DNA from: Elusimicrobia bacterium UBA6262
GTDB taxonomy: Bacteria > CAYTYR01 > UBA6262
NCBI GenBank assembly: GCA_002441095.1
Contig: DJVG01000038.1
Span: forward strand, 5,222 to 69,221
Direction: 5' to 3'
DNA: 64,000 nucleotides
The notes below the pieces were generated by a model. That model was not told the origin of the DNA. It worked only from the letters and a program-made list of their open reading frames with translations, and searched no databases. Position 1 is the first letter of the stretch, and every line of letters starts with the position of its first letter. This document shows positions 17,544 through 27,542 of this stretch, piece by piece. The position numbers and the translations under genes are program-made.

Positions 17544-19484
17544 ATGAAAAAAAGAGTTATGCTGTTACTGCTCCTGGCTGCGATCCTGCTGAGTGCGGCA
17601 GCGGTTTGGGCGCAGGAATCTGCCGGCAGTATTAAGAAACTGAAAGTTGTGCCATCCTGGGAAACACTGGGTAAAGTTTATTTGATGTGGGAGCAAATTG
17701 AAGATACTTTCTATTATAAAGTCTATCGTGACGGGAAAGTTATCGGACGGGCGCGCGACCCTTTTTATGTAGATCAAAAGGCGGCAGCTGGTGCGAAAGC
17801 AGTCTATAAAGTGGTGGCGACTAAGGGCGGCAAGGACGGGGCGTCCAGCGCCGAAATACCGGTAAAACTGCCTGAGACAATTGACTTGCCGCGGGAAAAA
17901 ATAGAATTTCGCGGCGATGATATTTATGTGAACGGGGAAAAATATATAGTGTGCGGTATCGGGTATGCTCCCTACCGTCCGCATACCTCTCCGAACAAAC
18001 CTTATCCCCGCGATTATGAGATCATTGAAAAAGATTTCCAATTAATGAAGAAGATCGGTTTTAATACGATCCGCAACTGGTCAGGCCGGGACCTGGATGA
18101 GTATATGATGGAACTGGCACATAAGTATGGGCTCCTGATCATCCAGGGCATGAGTATCTGGGTGCCGCCCATGGCAGATTTTTCAGATAAGAGTTTCTGG
18201 GATAATTCCATGACTACGGTAGAAGATGAAATGAAGATAAACCGTGAGCATGGGAATATCATCGGGTATCTGCTGATGAATGAGCCGCCTCCGGGCAAGA
18301 TCGCCCAGGCCAGTTTAGCCAAGACCAATGAGTTTTATGACCTGATTACCGCTAAGATCAAGGAGTTGCAGCCGGGAGCCTATGTATCTTTAGCTAATTG
18401 GCCCCGTGCTGATATGTTAAGTACTAAAAATTGGGATTTTATTTGTATCAACCATTATGGCTATGATAAATCCCATGTCGTCAATATGGGTTATCGCGGG
18501 TATCTTGGCTGGATGGAAAGAATATTAGCTAAAGATAAACCGCTGATCGGTACCGAGTATGGCTACAGCATGTCCAAGCGCGGCGAAGGAAAATTCGGGT
18601 ATGGCGGCAATACTGAAGAGGAACAGGCCATCGGCATTGTTAATGATACCTACGCCATGATCGCGGAAAAAGGTAACGGCGCCTGCATTTTCTCCTGGAT
18701 CGATGAGTGGTGGAAAAATAATGAAGGGGAAGGCGATGAAGACCGGCATGAAGAAACTGAGCCAGAAGAATGGTTTGGTATAGTAGCCATGCCGGATGAT
18801 AAGAACCTGGCTGGAGTACCGCGCCAGGCCGCCGTTGCCATGGAAAAATTCTATGAAGCCCTGATCATCTCTCCCCGCGATGCTAATAAGGTCCAGGGTA
18901 CAATCCCAGTGGAAGTCTATACCAAAACCTCACTTTTTCCTAACCTGGCCAAAGTCGAATATTCAATTGATGGCAGTAACTGGGTAGAATTATCCAATAC
19001 CGCTAATTGGTGGCGGGCGGAAATGGATACGACATCCTTAAATGACGGTAAATATGATCTGAAGGTCCGCTATACCACTAAAGCCGGCAAAGAAACTGTG
19101 GCCAGCCAGCCATTGGCCTTATATGTAGTAAACAATGAAAAGATCAGCCAGCAGGAACTGGTGATCAGTACTGATAAGGCAGTCTATAAAAATGGCGATA
19201 CCGTGATCCTGACTATAAAATACAGTGAAAACAGCAAGCCTGCTGTTAACAAAGCGGTATCTTATGCGGTAACCCAAATTGGCACCATCACTGCTTCTTG
19301 CCGTAATCTGGCTGGAGCAGAGCTGCTTACTAATAATCAAGGGATAGTTAAGGCTTCTTATGTAGTGAAAGATGAAGACCGGCCGCATTTCCTGACTATC
19401 TCCGCAGCTGTCCCCAGTGAGCAAGTAGTTGGACAAAAATTTGCCACCAGAATAGTCGTGGAAGTGAACCAGGTCCAGAAATAA
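17544..19484 (+). CDS. Secreted clan GH-A glycoside hydrolase with N-terminal Fn3-like and C-terminal Ig-like domains
   Basis: Signal peptide; YKVYRDG Fn3 motif; YLLMNEPP; PLIGTEYG; EEWFGIV; DTTSLNDGKYDLKV Ig-like module. Confidence 0.8.
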   Translation: MKKRVMLLLLLAAILLSAAAVWAQESAGSIKKLKVVPSWETLGKVYLMWEQIEDTFYYKVYRDGKVIGRARDPFYVDQKAAAGAKAVYKVVATKGGKDGASSAEIPVKLPETIDLPREKIEFRGDDIYVNGEKYIVCGIGYAPYRPHTSPNKPYPRDYEIIEKDFQLMKKIGFNTIRNWSGRDLDEYMMELAHKYGLLIIQGMSIWVPPMADFSDKSFWDNSMTTVEDEMKINREHGNIIGYLLMNEPPPGKIAQASLAKTNEFYDLITAKIKELQPGAYVSLANWPRADMLSTKNWDFICINHYGYDKSHVVNMGYRGYLGWMERILAKDKPLIGTEYGYSMSKRGEGKFGYGGNTEEEQAIGIVNDTYAMIAEKGNGACIFSWIDEWWKNNEGEGDEDRHEETEPEEWFGIVAMPDDKNLAGVPRQAAVAMEKFYEALIISPRDANKVQGTIPVEVYTKTSLFPNLAKVEYSIDGSNWVELSNTANWWRAEMDTTSLNDGKYDLKVRYTTKAGKETVASQPLALYVVNNEKISQQELVISTDKAVYKNGDTVILTIKYSENSKPAVNKAVSYAVTQIGTITASCRNLAGAELLTNNQGIVKASYVVKDEDRPHFLTISAAVPSEQVVGQKFATRIVVEVNQVQK

Positions 19485-19592
19485 ATGACCAATCTCAAAT
19501 GACAAATGAATCACCAATGACTAATGACAAATTAGAATTGGGATTTGGCATTTTGAGATTCATTTGGATTTTGTAATTAGGATTTTGGATTT
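19484..19592. repeat. Degenerate micro-repeat palindrome (CAAAT/ATTTG family)
   Basis: Left arm (c)aatgac/caaat units, right arm atttg/attttg units; related tract at 49143-49246. Confidence 0.75.
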
Positions 19593-19609
19593 ATTTTTAT
19601 AGAAATCGC

Positions 19610-19638
19610 TTGACTAAATAGCGAATGTCTGCTATTAT
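19610..19638 (+). promoter_or_regulatory. Sigma70-type promoter of the cold-shock gene
   Basis: TTGACT-N17-TATTAT with extended -10 TG. Confidence 0.65.
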
Positions 19639-19713
19639 TAGCGTTGAAGGATGTAAAACCATTTTGTGGGAGTAGCGCCTTCAGAATGTAGAAAGAAGGA
19701 GGAACGGCTGTTG

Positions 19714-19914
19714 ATGAAAGGAAAAGTTAAATGGTTCAATGACGCCAAAGGTTACGGCTTCATTGAAAAAGAAGACGGCAGTGGTGATGTATTTGTACAT
19801 TACTCTGCGATCAACGGCGAAGGATTCAAGAGCTTAGCCGAAGGGCAAGCAGTTGAGTTCGACGTTGAAGATGGCGCTAAAGGCCCACAGGCCAAAAATG
19901 TAGTTAAAATATAA
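19714..19914 (+). CDS. cspA: Cold-shock protein (66 aa)
   Basis: [17 protein letters not shown]...DVFVHYSAI...[15 protein letters not shown]; RBS aggagg upstream. Confidence 0.97.
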   Translation: MKGKVKWFNDAKGYGFIEKEDGSGDVFVHYSAINGEGFKSLAEGQAVEFDVEDGAKGPQAKNVVKI

Positions 19915-19949
19915 TAATCCTTAACCGGATTTGATTTTTTAACGAAATC

Positions 19950-19985
19950 CCTGCCCCGATTATGTCGGGGCAGGTCTTTTTTATT
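19950..19985 (+). terminator. Rho-independent terminator after cspA
   Basis: 10-bp stem cctgccccga/tcggggcagg followed by tcttttttattt. Confidence 0.85.
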
Positions 19986-20056
19986 TAGGTTGCTTTTTAA
20001 CAAAAACGTGCTATTATAACATATATACCCAATAAACAACGCAGACAGGTGAGGAC

Positions 20057-21646
20057 ATGAATAGTAAATTCGCAAAGACTGCGTTTTTTCTTCTTTTAAT
20101 GTTGCTGGGACTTTCAGCAGCAGCTTTAACAGAAGATTTAAACGTACAATGGATCAAGGAATTTGGCAGCAGCGGATTAGACAATCTGCAGGGTATCGCC
20201 TGCGATCCTTCAGGTAATGTTTGTATTACCGGTTTTACGGAAGCTGCTTTAAGCGGCAACAGTCACAGCGGTGGGACAGATATGTTTGTGGCCAAGTATG
20301 ATGCTGCAGGCCGGGAATTATGGACCAGGCAGCTTGGTACGGTGGAATCTGACCAGGGAGCGGCGCTGGCTTGTGATGGAGTAGGCAATATTTACGTCAC
20401 TGGGCATACATCTGGCAGTTTCGAAGGGAAAACCAATGCCGGCGGGGCTGATATATTCCTGATCAAGCTCGAACCATCAGGTAAAATATTATGGATCAAA
20501 CAATTCGGTACTTCAGAATCAGAGTATGGATTAAGCGTAGCTGCCGACTATGACGGCAATGTGTATGTGGTCGGGGATACCTATGGTAAGTTGACCGGTA
20601 CCCGTAATTACGGGGAAGCGGATGTTTTCATCATGAAGTTTGATCCCTCCGGCGACCGGTTGTGGGGAGCCCAGTTCGGTACTGCTTCTGCGGAACATAC
20701 TAAGATGGTGGCCATTGATATTTCCGGCAATATATATGTCACCGGTGATACCAGCGGCAGCCTCGAGCCAAAGGTTGCTTTTGGCGGTTACGATATTTTC
20801 CTGGCCAAATATAATCCCTATGGGGACCAGCTTTGGCTCAAACAGATAGGCACAGCAGGTAACGATTTTAGCGGCGGCGTGGCTGGAGATAACGCCGGGA
20901 ATATATACATATCAGGAGAAACCAAGAGCCAGGTCAAGGGAAAGGCTAATAAAGGCTTAGGGTATATTTCCCTGGACAAGTTTGATGCGCAAGGTAAAAT
21001 AATTTGGCACCGGCAATTAGGTACGCGGGCGTCAGATTCCAGCCTGGGACTGGCCATAGATGGTACCGGGGCGATCTGCATCGCCGGGGATACTACAGAT
21101 AATTTAGGCCAAAACAAAAATAGCGGCCTGGCTGATGTTTTCCTGGTGAAGTATTATGCGTGCGGCAATAAGCCCTGGATCATCGGGTTGGGCACAGATA
21201 AAAATGAATTTTGCACCGGAATTGCCTCAGATAAAGCCGGCAATGTATATGTGGCCGGATACACAGACGGTACTTTCGCCGGTAATAAAAATGCCGGCTA
21301 TACAGATATGTTTATTATTTCTTTTAAGATCAATGGTTTGGTCCTGTGTGAAAAGGATGGGATTACGATATTGGGCGGGGCCAAAGGTTTTCTTGAACCG
21401 GCAAAAGAAGAAAAACTATACATTATGATGTTTCCCGATAAAGACGGGCAAGTAACCATGGAAATCCGTTCGCTGACCGGACAGCTGTCCTGGAAAAATG
21501 TAATAATAGCCAAAGAAAAAGTCCAAGAGATGGTCAGCTGGGACGGACGGGACCAGGATAGGAAAATAGTCCCGCCCGGGATGTACCAATTGCAGATAAA
21601 AGGCCCTGGTATTGATGTCCAGGAAAAAATTGCGGTAGTGCAGTAA
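20057..21646 (+). CDS. Secreted SBBP-repeat beta-propeller protein with C-terminal FlgD-Ig-like domain
   Basis: Signal peptide; about 7 repeats of the pattern D..GN(I/V)Y(V/I).G.T...D.F..K.D..G...W.KQ.GT; C-terminal WDGRDQD...PPGMY. Confidence 0.85.
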   Translation: MNSKFAKTAFFLLLMLLGLSAAALTEDLNVQWIKEFGSSGLDNLQGIACDPSGNVCITGFTEAALSGNSHSGGTDMFVAKYDAAGRELWTRQLGTVESDQGAALACDGVGNIYVTGHTSGSFEGKTNAGGADIFLIKLEPSGKILWIKQFGTSESEYGLSVAADYDGNVYVVGDTYGKLTGTRNYGEADVFIMKFDPSGDRLWGAQFGTASAEHTKMVAIDISGNIYVTGDTSGSLEPKVAFGGYDIFLAKYNPYGDQLWLKQIGTAGNDFSGGVAGDNAGNIYISGETKSQVKGKANKGLGYISLDKFDAQGKIIWHRQLGTRASDSSLGLAIDGTGAICIAGDTTDNLGQNKNSGLADVFLVKYYACGNKPWIIGLGTDKNEFCTGIASDKAGNVYVAGYTDGTFAGNKNAGYTDMFIISFKINGLVLCEKDGITILGGAKGFLEPAKEEKLYIMMFPDKDGQVTMEIRSLTGQLSWKNVIIAKEKVQEMVSWDGRDQDRKIVPPGMYQLQIKGPGIDVQEKIAVVQ

Positions 21647-21654
21647 TAAAGATA

Positions 21655-21820
21655 GGTTACCAGGTGATCAGGGAACCAGGAAATGGATATCAGGATAGCA
21701 GAATATCAGGAAGTTCCTGATAACCTGATTTCCCGATACTCTGACTTCCTGATACCCTGATACCCTGATAATCTGATAACCACCTCCTGATGTCCTGATT
21801 ACCTGATTACCTGATATCCT
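21655..21820. repeat. Degenerate micro-repeat palindrome (ATCAGG/CCTGAT family), copy 1
   Basis: Multiple atcagg/ccagg units, apex caggaagttcctg, then multiple cctgat units. Confidence 0.85.
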
Positions 21821-21878
21821 TTTTACATCTTTATATCCTGAATAACAATCGCCCTGTTGGAAAACACCCTGACAGGGT

Positions 21879-21907
21879 TTGCTTTTTAGGCTGAACTATG
21901 ATATACT
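21879..21907 (+). promoter_or_regulatory. Sigma70-type promoter upstream of secA
   Basis: TTGCTT-N17-TATACT with extended -10 TG. Confidence 0.6.
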
Positions 21908-21963
21908 ATTAAAATCAATTCTAAATTACAAATTACAAATGACAAATAAGAGAGGATTAACCT

Positions 21964-24720
21964 GTGTTAGGTTGGATTTTACAAAAATTTATTGGCACGA
22001 AAAATGAGCGTGACCTGAAGAAAATGCTGCCGCTCGTGGAGCAGATCAATAGCTATGAACCAAAAATGGCGGCGGCGAGTGATGCTGACCTGCGTGCCAA
22101 GCTGGACGAATTCCGCCAGCGCCATAATGACGGCGAAACCCTGGATGAGCTCCTGCCGGAGGCTTTTGCCGTGGTTCGGGAAGCAGGCAAAAGAACTTTG
22201 CAGATGCGCCATTTTGATGTCCAGCTGATGGGTGGTATTGTCCTGCACCAGGGCAAAATCGCGGAGATGAGGACTGGCGAAGGCAAAACCCTGGTCGCGA
22301 CCCTGCCGGTTTACCTCAACAGCATTACCGGCAAAGGGGTGCATCTGGTCACAGTCAATGATTACCTGGCTAAGCGGGATAGTGAATGGATGACTCCGAT
22401 CTATAAATTCCTGGGGTTAACCGTAGGTGTGGTCCAGCACGATCTGGACAATCCGGCGCGGCAAGCGGCGTACCGTTGTGATATCACCTATGTCACTAAT
22501 AATGAAATAGGCTTCGATTACCTGCGGGATAACATGGCTATTTCCAAAGAAGAGTGTGTCCTGCGTGAGTTGAATTTTGCCGTAGTAGATGAAGTGGACA
22601 GCATCCTGGTGGATGAGGCGCGCACGCCGCTCATCATTTCCGGGCCAGCGGAAGAGTCCACTGAGAAATATTATGTGATTAACCGCATTATCCCTCATTT
22701 AAAACGGCGCTGGGTTACGGAAAAAGAGGAAATAGAGGCCAAGTATAAAGAGATCAATTTGCAGAAAGGTTATGATGCCATAGTTGATGAAAAAAACAGC
22801 CTTTGGACGCTGACCGAAGAAGGAGTGGCTAAATGCGAGCATTTATTGGGCATTCCTAATATTTATGAAGATATGCAAAGTGAATGGGTGCATCATATCC
22901 TGCAAGCCGGCCGGGCCCATGACTTGTTCAAGAAAGACGTTGATTATGTGGTGAAGGACGGGGAAGTTATCATCGTGGATGAATTTACCGGGCGGTTGAT
23001 GCCGGGACGGCGCTGGAGCGAGGGCCTGCATCAGGCCGTAGAAGCCAAGGAAAATGTGCGCATTGCCGAAGAGAACCAGACCTTGGCTACCATTACGTTC
23101 CAGAATTTCTTTAAATTGTATAACAAGCTTTCCGGCATGACCGGCACTGCTGCTACTGAGCGGGAAGAGTTTTTCCATATTTATAAACTGGATGTCATGG
23201 AAGTACCGACTAACCAGAAAATGATCCGCCTGGACCATGCTGATGTGATCTATAAAACGGAAAAGGATAAATATAATGCCATTGTCAATGACATAACGGA
23301 ATGTAACAAAAAAGGGCAGCCGGTACTGGTCGGTACCCGTTCCATCGAGAAAAGCGAAAAAATAAGCGCTATGCTGCGCCGGCAGGGACTCCAGCATAAC
23401 CTGCTGAATGCCAAGTATCATGAGCAGGAAGCCTTTATTATTGCCCAGGCCGGACGCAAAGGCGGAGTGACTATTGCCACCAATATGGCGGGACGTGGAA
23501 CGGATATTATCCTGGGTGGAAATCCGGCGTATATAGCTAAAGAGAAAATGAAAACCTGGGGCATGGACCCAGACCTGATCGCTTTGGCCAGCGAATATAC
23601 GCCAACGACTGATCCGGCTGTATTATCAGCCCGGAGCCAGTATCGCAAACTGGTGGAAGAGATAAAAAGGGAAACAGATTTAGAACATGAAGCAGTGGTT
23701 GACGCCGGCGGACTGTATGTGCTGGGCACAGAGAGGCATGAATCCCGGCGCATTGATAACCAGCTGCGCGGCCGCAGCGGCCGGCAAGGTGACCCTGGCT
23801 CCAGCCGTTTCTACTTGTCATTGGAAGATGAACTGATGAGGCTTTTTGGTTCAGACCGCATCAGTTTCGTGATGGATAAGCTCGGCATGCAGGAAGGCGA
23901 AGATATCCAGCATCCGCTCATTTCCCGGGCCATTGAATCAGCCCAGCGCAAAGTGGAAGCCATGAACTTTGATATCCGCAAGCAACTGCTGGATTATGAT
24001 AACATCATGAATAAACAGCGGGAAGTGATCTATGACCAGCGGCAAATGGTCCTGGCCGGGGAAGATTTAAAAGAGCATGTGCTGGAAATGGTCAATGAAG
24101 TCGTGGCAGAAAAAACCGGCTTGTACTGTCCTGAAGGCATCTATCCGGAAAAATGGGAGATCAGTGCTTTTTCGTCCTGGTTCAAACAAAGCTATGGCCT
24201 GGAATTGAAGCTGGCCCAGGAAGAACTACTGCGGTTAAACCATGCGGCGTTCCAGGATATGGCCCTGGAAACAATAAAAAAAGCTTATGACGACAAAGAG
24301 GCTTCTGTCAGCACTGAAATGATGCGTTTCCTGGAAAGGCGGGTTGTCCTGCAGGTCGTGGATAATTGCTGGAAAGAACACTTATATGACATTGACCAGT
24401 TACGCAAAGGGATTGGTTTGCGGGCCTATGGCCAGAAAGATCCATTGGTAGAATACCAGCATGAAGCTTTCCGGCTGTTTAGTAATATGATCATGAGAAT
24501 AAAGGAAGAGGTGGGTGGCTATCTTTTCAAGGTTAAAATGGTAGCGCAACCGCCAGAGCGGCCGAGGCCTAGGCCGGTTGAAGGGCAGCCTAGTCCTAAA
24601 CAAGCGGTTATTTCTGCGGTAAAACCACAACCGAAAATACTGGACAAAATCGGGCGTAATGACCCCTGCCCGTGCGGCAGCGGCAAAAAATATAAGAAGT
24701 GTTGTGGCGCTAACGATTAG
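21964..24720 (+). CDS. secA: Preprotein translocase ATPase SecA
   Basis: [51 protein letters not shown]-terminal [19 protein letters not shown]. Confidence 0.99.
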   Translation: MLGWILQKFIGTKNERDLKKMLPLVEQINSYEPKMAAASDADLRAKLDEFRQRHNDGETLDELLPEAFAVVREAGKRTLQMRHFDVQLMGGIVLHQGKIAEMRTGEGKTLVATLPVYLNSITGKGVHLVTVNDYLAKRDSEWMTPIYKFLGLTVGVVQHDLDNPARQAAYRCDITYVTNNEIGFDYLRDNMAISKEECVLRELNFAVVDEVDSILVDEARTPLIISGPAEESTEKYYVINRIIPHLKRRWVTEKEEIEAKYKEINLQKGYDAIVDEKNSLWTLTEEGVAKCEHLLGIPNIYEDMQSEWVHHILQAGRAHDLFKKDVDYVVKDGEVIIVDEFTGRLMPGRRWSEGLHQAVEAKENVRIAEENQTLATITFQNFFKLYNKLSGMTGTAATEREEFFHIYKLDVMEVPTNQKMIRLDHADVIYKTEKDKYNAIVNDITECNKKGQPVLVGTRSIEKSEKISAMLRRQGLQHNLLNAKYHEQEAFIIAQAGRKGGVTIATNMAGRGTDIILGGNPAYIAKEKMKTWGMDPDLIALASEYTPTTDPAVLSARSQYRKLVEEIKRETDLEHEAVVDAGGLYVLGTERHESRRIDNQLRGRSGRQGDPGSSRFYLSLEDELMRLFGSDRISFVMDKLGMQEGEDIQHPLISRAIESAQRKVEAMNFDIRKQLLDYDNIMNKQREVIYDQRQMVLAGEDLKEHVLEMVNEVVAEKTGLYCPEGIYPEKWEISAFSSWFKQSYGLELKLAQEELLRLNHAAFQDMALETIKKAYDDKEASVSTEMMRFLERRVVLQVVDNCWKEHLYDIDQLRKGIGLRAYGQKDPLVEYQHEAFRLFSNMIMRIKEEVGGYLFKVKMVAQPPERPRPRPVEGQPSPKQAVISAVKPQPKILDKIGRNDPCPCGSGKKYKKCCGAND

Positions 24721-24731
24721 AGGATAAATAG

Positions 24732-26270
24732 ATGATCAGATTATTGACTAGAAACAGTATCATGACCTTAAGTTCAGCGCTCTTGCTGGTATTGATCTTC
24801 CCGAAATATGATTTATCATATCTGGCTTGGATCTGCCTGATACCGCTATTGATCAGCATAGAGGGTGAAAATTTCGGCCGCTCTTTCCTGAATGGCCTGA
24901 TTGTTGGTTTTATTTTTTATGCCGCTACGCTCTACTGGCTGGTCGGCACTTTGCATATCTACGGTAATTTTTCCTGGCTGATGAGCATTGCTATTGGCGC
25001 GCTTCTGATGCTGTACCTGGCTTTGTTTATGGCGCTGTTCTGCGGTATCACCAGTTTTTTTAGCCGTTATTTTTATTCCTTCAATATTTTCTTTATCGCC
25101 TCACTCTGGGTAAGTTTGGAGTACCTGCGGACCTACTTGTTTACCGGGTTCCCCTGGAACCTGCTGGGTTATAGCCAATGGAATAACCTGCTGGTAGCCC
25201 AGGTTGCAGCTGTGACCGGAGTATACGGGGTATCTTTTTTAGTAGTACTGGTCAATGTCCTGGCCGCTAAAATGATCAGTTATAGTTTAGAATTGAACCA
25301 CCGTAAACAGAGCTTCAGGAGCCTGGAAATATTTGTCCTGGTACTGGCCCTGGCTTTTGGGTATGGTTTCATTGTTTTAAACCGTCAGCAAGGGCCGGTC
25401 AAACAGAAATTGATCAAGACGGCAGTCATCCAGCCGAATGTACCGCCGGATATGAAATGGAATCCGCAAGAAAAACGCAATATCATGGGGCAATATGTTT
25501 CCTATGTGGACCGTTTAAAAAATAATAATCTTGAAGTCATTGTTTTTCCTGAAACTGCGGTCCCGGGATTGTTGAAATACGACCGGTTTTTATTGGAGAA
25601 AACAGCAGAAATGGCCGGTAGCAGCAAAGCCTATTTACTGATCGGGTCGATTGATGTGGTGCAGCCGGGGGAAGAGCGGGCTTATACCTCATGTTTTCTG
25701 GTAACCCCGGATGGCCAAATCGCCGGGCAATATAATAAGAACCACCTGGTGCCTTTTGGAGAATTCGTGCCTTTCCGGAAGTATTTGGAAAAGATCTTCC
25801 CGGTCCTGAAAGAAATGGGGGATTTTGTCCCGGGGAATAGCCTGGAACTAATGAAAACGCCGCATGGCCATTATGGCGTAAATATCTGCTATGAAGATAT
25901 TTTCCCGGACCTGGTGCGGCGCCTGGCCAAGAACGGCGCGGAAGTTATCGTCAATATTACCATTGACTCCTGGTACCTTAATACGGCAGCTCCTTACCAG
26001 CATTTTTATATGAATGTCTTCCGGGCGATCGAAAATAGAAGATGGGTCATCAGAAGCGCCAGCACCGGGATCTCCGGATACATCGATCCTTATGGTAATA
26101 TTATCAGCCAGACCAGTCTGTTCGTGCCGGAAATCAGTATTTTCTCAGTCTCGCCGGAGAATAAAATAACCTTGTACACCAAGTACGGGGATGTCTTTGC
26201 TAAGATATGCGTAGTAATAGTCATCCTGGGTTTTGCCAGCGGCCTGATCAGGAGGAAAGCGGTTGCCTAA
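24732..26270 (+). CDS. lnt: Apolipoprotein N-acyltransferase
   Basis: Multi-TM N-terminus, TGFPWNLLGYSQ, FPETA, YNKNHLVPFGEFVP, ICYEDIFP, RAIENRR. Confidence 0.97.
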   Translation: MIRLLTRNSIMTLSSALLLVLIFPKYDLSYLAWICLIPLLISIEGENFGRSFLNGLIVGFIFYAATLYWLVGTLHIYGNFSWLMSIAIGALLMLYLALFMALFCGITSFFSRYFYSFNIFFIASLWVSLEYLRTYLFTGFPWNLLGYSQWNNLLVAQVAAVTGVYGVSFLVVLVNVLAAKMISYSLELNHRKQSFRSLEIFVLVLALAFGYGFIVLNRQQGPVKQKLIKTAVIQPNVPPDMKWNPQEKRNIMGQYVSYVDRLKNNNLEVIVFPETAVPGLLKYDRFLLEKTAEMAGSSKAYLLIGSIDVVQPGEERAYTSCFLVTPDGQIAGQYNKNHLVPFGEFVPFRKYLEKIFPVLKEMGDFVPGNSLELMKTPHGHYGVNICYEDIFPDLVRRLAKNGAEVIVNITIDSWYLNTAAPYQHFYMNVFRAIENRRWVIRSASTGISGYIDPYGNIISQTSLFVPEISIFSVSPENKITLYTKYGDVFAKICVVIVILGFASGLIRRKAVA

Positions 26271-27373
26271 TAATCAAACCAATGAGATCCTGCATAAAGT
26301 TAAAACCGATCTGGAAAAGTTCCGGGGGTTTCTTTGAGCTAGAGCTGAAACAGCAGGAAATTGCGGTTATTGAAGGCAAAGCCGGGGCTTCTGGTTTCTG
26401 GGATAACCAGCAGGAAGCCCAGAAACAGATGCAGCGCTTAAATAGTCTTAAAGAAGATGTAATGCTTTTCCAGCAGTTGGAAAAGGAGTTCCAGGAAACC
26501 CAGGGATTGCTGGAGATGGCGGCGCAGGAAAATGATGAACCCCTGCAGCAAGAACTGGTACCAGCTCTGGACAAACTGCAGAAAAAACTGGATCTTTTTA
26601 TTTTCCGGGCTAAATTGAGCGGGCCATGTGACCGCAATAATGCTATCGTGACCCTGCATGCCGGAGCCGGTGGTACTGAATCATGTGACTGGGTAGAAAT
26701 GCTGCTGCGGATGTACAGCCGCTGGGCCGAGAGTAAAGGGTTTGCCGCGGAGATCACGGATATATTGGCCGGGGAAGAAGCAGGCATAAAAAGCGTCACT
26801 TTTATCATTACCGGCCCTTATGGCTACGGCTATTTGAAATCAGAAACAGGGGTGCACCGGCTGGTACGGATCAGCCCATTCGATGCTAATAAGCGCCGGC
26901 ATACTACCTTTGCCTCATGTGATGTGATCCCGGAAATATCAGATGAGATAAGTATTGATATCAAGGAAAGCGATCTGCGCATAGATACATACCGGTCAGG
27001 CGGCCATGGCGGGCAGCATGTGAATAAGACCGAGTCAGCCATCCGGATCACGCATCTCCCTACGAATACTGTAGTGCAAAGCCAGAAAGAACGTTCCCAG
27101 ATCAAGAACCGGGCGACGGCGATGAAGCTACTGCGCGCCAGACTCTTTGAATTGGAGCAGGATAAACGCCGGAAACAGGCAGAAAAACACTATGATGACA
27201 AGGGCGCTATTGCCTGGGGCAGCCAGATCAGGTCATATGTTTTTTGCCCCTATACCCTGGTCAAAGATCACCGCACCGGAGCGGAGATCGGCAATGTGCA
27301 AGCAGTGATGGATGGGGAAATAGACCCGTTCATAGAGGCGTTTCTTGATAAAAATGTAGCAATTGGCAAATAA
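26263..27373 (+). CDS. prfB: Peptide chain release factor 2 with programmed +1 frameshift (about 369 aa)
   Basis: RBS aggagg plus TTG 26263; 24 codons ending CTT-TGA (26332-26337) preceded by internal SD ggggg; +1 frame carries SPF and GGQ motifs. Confidence 0.97.
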
Positions 27374-27376
27374 AGA

Positions 27377-27490
27377 GTATCAGGTAATCAGGAGACCAGG
27401 AAGTGGACATCAGGACATCAGGATAGCAGGAAGTTCCTGATCCCCTGGTAACCTGATCACCACCACCTGATACCCTGATATACTGATAGC
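27377..27490. repeat. Degenerate micro-repeat palindrome (ATCAGG/CCTGAT family), copy 2
   Basis: atcaggatagcaggaagttcctgat core with flanking atcagg and cctgat units. Confidence 0.85.
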
Positions 27491-27500
27491 CTAATTAAAG

Positions 27501-27528
27501 GGAACTTTTCAGATCCGAATGTGTCTCA
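27501..27528 (+). promoter_or_regulatory. Putative ECF-sigma (sigmaE/AlgU-type) autoregulatory promoter
   Basis: (G)GAACTT-N16-TCTCA directly upstream of the ECF sigma RBS. Confidence 0.6.
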
Positions 27529-27542
27529 ATAAGGGGAGAGAT

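Noticed and set aside
21655-21820. Micro-repeat tracts as possible CRISPR arrays
   Set aside because: Units are 6-9 nt, degenerate and inverted halfway, with no constant repeat/unique spacer pattern and no cas genes.
26207-26335. ORF-track N-terminus of prfB (MRSNSHPG...)
   Set aside because: Artefact of the +1 frame. The real start is TTG 26263 with RBS aggagg, joined by the programmed frameshift, so this is not a pseudogene either.
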